A DNA stretch of 64,000 bases from Thermococcus sp. JdFR-02 (GTDB lineage Archaea > Methanobacteriota_B > Thermococci > Thermococcales > Thermococcaceae): contig MTLP01000002.1 of assembly GCA_002009975.1 (NCBI GenBank), positions 34,795 to 98,794 on the forward strand. The letters run 5' to 3'. Of the stretch, positions 53,427-60,298 are shown piece after piece. The notes beneath the pieces were generated by a model. It saw nothing but the letters and a program-made list of their open reading frames with translations. It made no database searches and was not told the DNA's origin. Each line of letters starts with the position of its first letter. Position 1 is the first letter of the stretch. The position numbers were made by a program, and so were the translations under genes.

Positions 53427-54101
53427 GTGATAAAAATGATAAATAAGACAATTAAGGTTGTTGACAAAAGTTTAGATTTGATACAAACTTTGTTTTATGT
53501 TAGTGTTGCTGGAGCAACGCTTTTTCTGCTTTACAAGCTTTATAAAATGCTTAAGAACTTAAATTTTGGTAAATTTGGAGAAGAAATAAAGAAAGCACTT
53601 AAGCCAACACCATTAACAGAAGAACAAAGGAGAGAGATTTCTAAGACTTCACCAAGCTTAGTTGGTGGAGCTTGGACTAAACCATCACCATTATACAAAG
53701 AATATCTTGAGAGAGTGAAAAGCGGTAAAGTTGATACAAGCATGACATTAAAGGAATTCTGGACTGAGGAGAGGAAAAAAGAGTATCTGGATAGAATAAA
53801 AAGATCAGAGTATTACAGGTATCTTGATACACAAAAAAGGCGTTATGAAACTTATGAGGAGTATTGGAAGAAACAAGGTTATACAAGCGTTCCAAGTGGT
53901 AATGTTGGAGTTCCAAGCCATATAAAAGCTATTCAAGAGAGGAGTAAAGCATTAGAGAGGTATTGGAAAGATAAAACAAAACAGGAACAACAGAGAAAAA
54001 GAGTAGCTCCATCTTTGCCAAAGCAATTAAGGATTAAAGTTTCACTTATGTCAAAGCCAAAATACACAATTCCAAAAGCAAAAACAGTGATAGCAATCTA
54101 A
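53427..54101 (+). CDS. Membrane-anchored basic hypothetical protein
   Basis: GAGGTGA RBS; N-terminal TM; Lys/Arg-rich remainder. Confidence 0.65.
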   Translation: MIKMINKTIKVVDKSLDLIQTLFYVSVAGATLFLLYKLYKMLKNLNFGKFGEEIKKALKPTPLTEEQRREISKTSPSLVGGAWTKPSPLYKEYLERVKSGKVDTSMTLKEFWTEERKKEYLDRIKRSEYYRYLDTQKRRYETYEEYWKKQGYTSVPSGNVGVPSHIKAIQERSKALERYWKDKTKQEQQRKRVAPSLPKQLRIKVSLMSKPKYTIPKAKTVIAI

Positions 54102-54117
54102 TTGGAGCATGAGTTCA

Positions 54118-54408
54118 TGCTTTTGAAGTTGCATCAGAAAAGCTGTAATTTCAAATGCTGCATAAGAATATCAATACAGTAGAATCTCTATAATAAGGTC
54201 ATAGGTCATATATGCCTTTTATTACCTTTGATTGATTATCCGAAAGTGGATAAAACCAAACAACATCAATTATTGGTGAATATCCTGGATATAGATCTTC
54301 AAATGGATACTCATCATATGCTAAGAATCCTAAGTCATTACCTAAGTAAATATGAGCTTCTTGTAGTTTCACATGAAAATTATCAACACATCGTTGTGCA
54401 CTACCAAT
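54118..54408 (-). pseudogene. Decayed PD-(D/E)xK nuclease-like gene fragment
   Basis: HVKLQEA..LG.DLGF.AYDEY...PIIDVVW, then 7-bp duplication GGTCATA (54197-54210), an in-frame stop, then YAAFEI. Confidence 0.5.
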
Positions 54409-54473
54409 TTAATTTCAGGCATAAAGGATTTTAGCTTTTTGTAAGACTTTAAACATAAGTGTATTCCACTAAC

Positions 54474-55474
54474 TCATGAAAGATAAAGTTTCAAAATTAG
54501 ATCTCTATTCTTTTGAACAAGTTCAATTTTGGTTAATTTGTTAATATTGCTACACAATTCTGCTTCAATTTTATTTCTAAGCGCTCTCAGCATAGAGTAT
54601 TGGACTATCTCATCATCTTCGCAATAAATTGCATAATTTTTTAGTTCTATTTCAAGATCTGGTTCTTTTTTCTCTGTTTTTTGACTCAACTTAAAAACCT
54701 TGACAAGTTCAAAGGTCAAATCCTTTATACACTCTTCATGATTATTGCTTTTGCTTCTAGCTCTTTTGTAAGCTCCACATTTCTCAAGGATTAACCTAGT
54801 CGAGTCTGCATTAACACTTTTTCTGAGTTTATGGAAAGTTATCTTCTTTTTGTTCCATTTCATTAACCAAGTATCCAAAGTAAAAATCGGTAAGCGTTGA
54901 TCCAGAATGTAGAGTTTCTCTCCAATTTTAACACCTACAGCAACATGACTAAAAAATGTAACAAAGTAAATTTCAGGATAAATATTCAGCAGTAGAGATG
55001 CAGTAAATCTTGCATAGTCTCTGCATATTGCTAGTTTGTACTTCAGGACTTTGTTTGATGACAGACCTGGTCGAATGGTGTCTATAAAATATCCAAATAG
55101 TTTTGCTAATTTTGATAATTTCGATTTTTCATATCTGCACAAAGGTCGATAACTAATTATTAAGTATACAATCACAAAGAAAGGCAATGTGATAAACAAT
55201 AAAGCTGGAATTAAAGTTAAAAATTGTGGTATCCTATAAAACTCACCAATAACGATTTCAACCACAATAATAACGAATAACACAATCCAGATTCCTAAAA
55301 ACCATGATACTATCCATCTTTCTGTCCAGTATCTTATATTTTTATCTTGCCATTCTAAGATATTAACTAATGTTTCTTTCTCAGAATCTCCTTTTAATTG
55401 ATTTACTAATCTTTGTATTTTTATGTCATCTATCTCTCCTAGTGTTGGACAAAATTCTCTATTCCTTTAATCAC
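54474..55474 (-). pseudogene. Membrane-associated transglutaminase-like (Cys-His-Asp) protein with a frameshift near its 5' end
   Basis: AICRDYA, SHVAVGV, YILD triad; frame open to 55466 without a start; GTG 55474 overlaps upstream TGA and comes into frame if the T4 run at 55451-55454 were T5. Confidence 0.7.
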
Positions 55475-57558
55475 TTTTGGAAATAACCGCATGAGTCATC
55501 ACATGCTTTATTAGTTAAATCTAAATATGCACTCAATACTAACGTTTTAACATTCTTATCCTTCAACAGATTTTTTGGAGGAGATATCTCTACTTTATAT
55601 CCACATTTTTCAAACTCTGGTTTTAAGTCTTCAAGAATTCTTTTTAGTTTCCTAAGTTGCTTATGGAAATTTTTATGCTTACCTGATTTCACTTCACTTA
55701 TGGAAAGCATAATTTGCTCTGGAGAAAATCCGATTATTAGGATATCCAATTCAACCTCTGGTTGGTTATTTTTCATTAACTTAGTGTCTAACGCTACTAA
55801 ATACCAATCCAATTTCTTCATTTTACCATAATACTCTAAAAGTTCAATCGCATACATAGGTTCTGCATACTTTCCTTTTTCTTTAACCGTATTAGAAAGG
55901 TTATCTTTTAGAATACTAGATGCAAAACTTAAATAATCGGATTTGATAACGAATGGAAAACTAAAAGTATTTAAGTATTCCTCTTCAATTGGAACTTCCT
56001 TAATATTAACCTCATATTCCTCAAAGAGTACTCGCAATATGTAATAAATAATATTAAAAGATCCATTTAGTGCAGTTTTAAGACTGTCTACTAGCCACAT
56101 ACTCAGAAATCGTTTCGTAACTATGGAATTCAGTTTAACATTTTTCTCAACTATCCTACTCCTTTTATTAATGCTATCAAGAGGATAATACAAAATGGTA
56201 CTAGTGTTTAATACAGCAAGTATCCTCGCAATTTTGTTAGGATATTGAGCTAAGTTTGGATATATAAACATCTGGTATTCTTTGCTTGCCATGTTATATA
56301 ATATTATACCAGGCATCTTTGTAAGAAAATTCAATTCACATGTAATCGGCTTGAATGACGTGATTTTCAAATCTCTAAAGTTAATTTCAATCACATCTTT
56401 TAAATCATTGTGTATTTTTCCTTGATGTTTCTCGGATAACATATTCCATATTTCCTTGTTAATTACATGCTTTATTTTTTCGTCGATTTTATTGGAGAGA
56501 ATATCCTCCAAAAGATCTTCCACTGAATCATATTTGCCAAAAACTTGACTTTCTAAGATACTAACAGCTCTAAGATGATAATAAGCTCCTTCTACACTTT
56601 GATACAGTGTTCTAGTGTAGAATTTTTCAATATTATCAACAACTTCTTTGTAATGTTTATTTTCGAGAAATAGTGGCAGTAAATTTAGAATTGCATGATA
56701 ATTAAGCTGTATAGGCGATTGAGCAACATATCCATCGAGAACAGTAAACGATAACTCTCTTAGTACTAGAAAATAATCTACAACATTCTCAACTTTTTCA
56801 GAATGCTCTAAATCTTTCTGTCTCTCAGGCTCTTCATAATTTAAATATCTCTTTCTAAACATCATAAGTTTTGTGAGCTCTCTTAACTTAGGAATTAACT
56901 CATCGTCATCTTGTAATTTTTCTGCGTTTTTAAGGATTTTAAGAAAGGTAAAGACTTTATGAACCTGCATAATTCTCTCTTGAATTATTATTGTCGCTAA
57001 CAACTTATATAGTTCATTTTTAACCTTTGTAGATTCCTTCTTAAAGAGTTTCGATTTTTCTATTTGCTCTCTAATTAATTTCAAAAATTTACTTTGACGA
57101 CTATTTTTTGATTTTATCCATCTCAGAAATGCATGTTCTGCAGCAAAAGTCATTTGAAAATGTCCTATTGCATATAATAAGGTCCAAGATTTTAATAATT
57201 CACTTAATGAAGAAAACCTAATACCATTAAGAGTTACAGATGTTGTCAGTCCATATTTTAGGAGTTTATTTACTTTGTCTTTCTCCTCTGCTTCATTAGT
57301 TTCCTTTTTCTTCTCTTTTTTGAATTTCTCCTGAGTTTCGAGTCTATTAATCAGAAGAAGCATTGTCAAGATGTGATCATAACGAGTATACTTAAAGAGT
57401 TTTTCTGAAAAGTAGTGTAACGCGCCTAGTTGCATAATATCCTTAAGTCGCAATATCTCATCTTTGAATAATTTGTATATTTGTCTGGACTCATCATACA
57501 AACTTATTTGTTGTTCTCCTATTATTGGTACTTCAATATGGAACTTATTATCCAACAT
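55471..57558 (-). CDS. Degenerate dNTPase-type HD domain fused to a C-terminal PD-(D/E)xK nuclease-like domain
   Basis: RLKDIMQLG, TRYDH, LLYAIGH (for LLHDIGH); C-terminal EVELDILI...ISEVKSG...KQL. Confidence 0.7.
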   Translation of the reverse strand: MLDNKFHIEVPIIGEQQISLYDESRQIYKLFKDEILRLKDIMQLGALHYFSEKLFKYTRYDHILTMLLLINRLETQEKFKKEKKKETNEAEEKDKVNKLLKYGLTTSVTLNGIRFSSLSELLKSWTLLYAIGHFQMTFAAEHAFLRWIKSKNSRQSKFLKLIREQIEKSKLFKKESTKVKNELYKLLATIIIQERIMQVHKVFTFLKILKNAEKLQDDDELIPKLRELTKLMMFRKRYLNYEEPERQKDLEHSEKVENVVDYFLVLRELSFTVLDGYVAQSPIQLNYHAILNLLPLFLENKHYKEVVDNIEKFYTRTLYQSVEGAYYHLRAVSILESQVFGKYDSVEDLLEDILSNKIDEKIKHVINKEIWNMLSEKHQGKIHNDLKDVIEINFRDLKITSFKPITCELNFLTKMPGIILYNMASKEYQMFIYPNLAQYPNKIARILAVLNTSTILYYPLDSINKRSRIVEKNVKLNSIVTKRFLSMWLVDSLKTALNGSFNIIYYILRVLFEEYEVNIKEVPIEEEYLNTFSFPFVIKSDYLSFASSILKDNLSNTVKEKGKYAEPMYAIELLEYYGKMKKLDWYLVALDTKLMKNNQPEVELDILIIGFSPEQIMLSISEVKSGKHKNFHKQLRKLKRILEDLKPEFEKCGYKVEISPPKNLLKDKNVKTLVLSAYLDLTNKACDDSCGYFQK

Positions 57559-57725
57559 GGCAATTTGTGTTTTGTACTTTAAAACTCTTAATTGTTTTGG
57601 TAATCACCATATAATGTTGTTAAAGTATTTTAAAAGTTAGTACTTTAAAAGTAAGCCTCTTTAAAAGTCAGCTTAGAAGACTTATTTTTCAAAAAGGAAG
57701 TGGATCTTATGACCTTGTAGGAGAT

Positions 57726-58172
57726 TTGATGAATGCGAAATTGAGATTTTATGAATTTGAACAAAAATCAGGTAGCTATGTTAGATTGGATAGTGATGTA
57801 GAGATAATAGAACCAAACAATTCTCTTAAGATCACATTATATGCAACATCAAGTATAGATGGTGCAAATAATGTGTGGTGTAATATTGCTCCATATGATG
57901 CATTGGATAATTTACTGACAGGAAAGTTTCTGGTTATGTTTGTAAGAACTCAAGGATTGACAAATTATCAGTTTGGTTTTTCAGTATCTCCACAGACGAA
58001 TAATGATAATGCAGTTTCATCTTTTGTGAATAACAGTGTTGATGCGGATAGAAAACTTGTGTTTTTACCATTTGAGACATTAGCTCCAACGCTAAGACTT
58101 AGAAAATATGCGAATGGTGGATATGGTTACGCATGGCTTGATGCAATATATCTTTTCAATAAGTTGCCTTGA
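57726..58172 (+). CDS. Beta-rich hypothetical protein, possibly the C-terminal remnant of a larger structural gene
   Basis: Asn/Ser/aromatic-rich, ends GYAWLDAIYL; stands alone after the cargo cassette. Confidence 0.5.
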   Translation: MMNAKLRFYEFEQKSGSYVRLDSDVEIIEPNNSLKITLYATSSIDGANNVWCNIAPYDALDNLLTGKFLVMFVRTQGLTNYQFGFSVSPQTNNDNAVSSFVNNSVDADRKLVFLPFETLAPTLRLRKYANGGYGYAWLDAIYLFNKLP

Positions 58173-58236
58173 TGCTTTTTTTCTCTTTCATTAAATTTTT
58201 AAATAGTGTTAAGGTAGAGATTAGAGTGGTGAGTAT

Positions 58237-58518
58237 ATGGCTGTTAAGAGTGCTGATCAGAGAGTGTTTGAGTTTATTGTTGGTGGTCTTGCTAAGGCTA
58301 TAAATGAAAAACCTGAGGATATTATTTGGTTCTTTCGAGTGAGAGAGTTAATGAGCGAGATGGAAAAGCCAATGAGTGATGAAAAGGCTTGGAAGATTAT
58401 TATGAAGGATAAGAAGTCCGTTAAAATGAGTGCTGAGGAGCTTCTTGAAGTTGCAAGGAGAGAGTTGAGGAAGTTTAGGAGGATTGAACGAAAGCTTAAG
58501 AAGCTTGGAGTGATTTGA
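58237..58518 (+). CDS. Putative antitoxin of PIN toxin
   Basis: Small charged protein directly upstream of the PIN gene; own TATA and GTGGTGA RBS. Confidence 0.65.
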   Translation: MAVKSADQRVFEFIVGGLAKAINEKPEDIIWFFRVRELMSEMEKPMSDEKAWKIIMKDKKSVKMSAEELLEVARRELRKFRRIERKLKKLGVI

Positions 58519-59013
58519 ATGCCTAAACTTAAGGTTGTTTTGGATACTTCTATTCTAATCAGTGCTTTAAAATCGAGAGATGTTACTCGAAGTCCTTCTT
58601 GGAAGATTTTAAAGCTCCTCAGTGAGGATAAGTTAGTTAATTATGGTTCTAAGGAGACTATTAAGGAAATGAAAGAGACGCTTGCAATTATTGGTTTGCT
58701 TATTGGAAAGCCTGATAAGGCTAAGGCTATTTATCACTTGGTTTTGAATCATACTAAGCGAGTTTCTCCAAGAATCAAATTTGAGGAATATAGAGAACTT
58801 GTTAAGCTGGTTGGTCATGCTAATGATGTTAAGTTTTTGAATGTTGTTTATGCCTCAAAGTCTCGCTATTTGATAAGTATGAACATTAAGCATTTGGTAA
58901 AACTGCGGAATCCAAAGACGCTTAAGTTTAATCTCAAAAGGCATTGGTTTTACATATTCAAGGATTCTGAATTTGTGAAATACATAAAGGAAAAATACAA
59001 ATGGAAAATCTGA
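58519..59013 (+). CDS. PIN-domain (VapC-like) toxin
   Basis: VVLDTSILISAL, ETIKE, NDVKFL, LISMN. Confidence 0.82.
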   Translation: MPKLKVVLDTSILISALKSRDVTRSPSWKILKLLSEDKLVNYGSKETIKEMKETLAIIGLLIGKPDKAKAIYHLVLNHTKRVSPRIKFEEYRELVKLVGHANDVKFLNVVYASKSRYLISMNIKHLVKLRNPKTLKFNLKRHWFYIFKDSEFVKYIKEKYKWKI

Positions 59014-59030
59014 AAAAGAGTGAAAAACGG

Positions 59031-60017
59031 TTAATCGAGTTTTGGAAACTTATCTGCAACTTTTTTGGAATATTCTTCTTTTGCATGCATTAGCAATTTT
59101 AGATAGTATTCTCGCAATACGGTTGCTGGAGTTTTTCCAGTTAGGAAACTAATGATACTCTCTTTTACATCATTCTTGAATAGGAAATTGCTAAACCATG
59201 TTCTTATTGTAACTGCTTGAAGTCCAGCTCTTTGTAATCTTTTAGAATATGCTTTGTAGGTTGTGAATTTTATTTTATCAATTTTTCTTAACAGTTCTTT
59301 TCCAAACCATGAAGGCATTATCGCTACAAATGCTCTTTTATGTCCTTTTGATACGAATTCAATGTCCATGTGTGCAATGTTATTTTCGAATTTCAATTTT
59401 TTCTTATCTTTCTTCAATGCTTTTAAGGCTTCTAATGCGTGTTCTAATCTTTGACCAGTGTAGAACATGAACTTTATTATTAGTGCTGTATCTTCTCCAT
59501 ATTTTTCCATAGCTTTCTTATAACCTTCTTTAATTTTGTCTAATTCGGCTTCTTCGAATTTTTTAGTTCTAACTTTTGTTTCTTTTCTTACAATGCCTTT
59601 TCTCCATGTTTGTTCTTCGTCTTTACTCATGTATTCGAAATAGCTTAGAAAAGTTAGGAATTTGCCTAAGCCGTTTGTTATGTTTTTCTTCATGTTTTCT
59701 TTGATTAATGCGTTTCTTAGTTCTCTCCAATCTTTTATTTTATACTTTTTGAAGAATTTTGTTAAGGCGTTCATGTAGTCTCTTATTGTGTCTTTTGAAA
59801 CTGGTTTTATTTTTGGTGGTGAGCCTTCTTTTAAGAATTGTCTAAATTCTTCTTTATATGTGTTCCAATAGTCGTTTAAGGTTTTTATTTCTGCTTTTTC
59901 AAGCATTAAAGCCTTTTCTTCTCTTTCTCTTATTTGTGGCTCATAAAAAATGTTAGCGCCTTTAGAAGTGTCCATTTCTAAGGTTTGACGTTCTGTTGGT
60001 TTTAATTCTTCAAAAGA
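59031..60017 (-). CDS. C-terminal catalytic fragment of split SSV1-type tyrosine integrase, Int(C)
   Basis: YTGQRLEH (R), KGHKRAF (K), TIRTWF (R), FLTGK, VLREYY (Y); frame open from att to ATG 59975. Confidence 0.88.
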   Translation of the reverse strand, partial: SFEELKPTERQTLEMDTSKGANIFYEPQIREREEKALMLEKAEIKTLNDYWNTYKEEFRQFLKEGSPPKIKPVSKDTIRDYMNALTKFFKKYKIKDWRELRNALIKENMKKNITNGLGKFLTFLSYFEYMSKDEEQTWRKGIVRKETKVRTKKFEEAELDKIKEGYKKAMEKYGEDTALIIKFMFYTGQRLEHALEALKALKKDKKKLKFENNIAHMDIEFVSKGHKRAFVAIMPSWFGKELLRKIDKIKFTTYKAYSKRLQRAGLQAVTIRTWFSNFLFKNDVKESIISFLTGKTPATVLREYYLKLLMHAKEEYSKKVADKFPKLD

Positions 60018-60065
60018 GCCGGCTCGGAAGGCCGGAGTCCTAGACCAGACTAGACTACCACCGCA
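60018..60065. repeat. Right att direct repeat = truncated 5' part of tRNA-Gly
   Basis: Identical to 45212-45259; T-arm and 3' acceptor strand absent. Confidence 0.95.
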
Positions 60066-60073
60066 AAATGACG

Positions 60074-60150
60074 TGGTGGGGCGAGGGGGATTTGAACCCC
60101 CGACACCCGGATCTTCAGTCCGGCGCTCTCCCAGGCTGAGCTACCGCCCC
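60074..60150 (-). tRNA. tRNA-Phe(GAA) with encoded CCA
   Basis: GGGGCGG...CCGGA-CTGAAGA-TCCGG...GGTTCAAATCC...CGCCCC-ACCA. Confidence 0.96.
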
Positions 60151-60180
60151 ACACCCAGAATATAGAAGGTCAGGATCATC

Positions 60181-60195
60181 TTATAAATCTTGCGG
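60181..60195 (-). promoter_or_regulatory. Host tRNA promoter (BRE-TATA)
   Basis: Minus strand CCGCAAGA-TTTATAA about 30 bp upstream of tRNA-Phe. Confidence 0.7.
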
Positions 60196-60298
60196 TACTT
60201 GGATTAGCATGAAAACAATTGCTTGTTAACTTTATTTCAACATAAGTGTTATATAATAAGAAAATCATTTTTGATTATGACAACTTGGAGGTTTGCAA

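Larger units (their letters stand above)
45212..60065. mobile_element. Integrated MCM-encoding plasmid/provirus-like element (excised circle 14806 bp)
   Basis: 48-bp terminal repeats in tRNA-Gly, split tyrosine integrase, MCM, AbrB, PIN TA, AT-rich orphan ORFs. Confidence 0.93.

Noticed and set aside
54228-54434. 68-aa plus-strand ORF
   Set aside because: TTG start without RBS; the opposite strand has the protein-like signal.
60018-60065. Second tRNA-Gly gene
   Set aside because: Lacks T-arm and 3' acceptor strand; it is the att duplicate.
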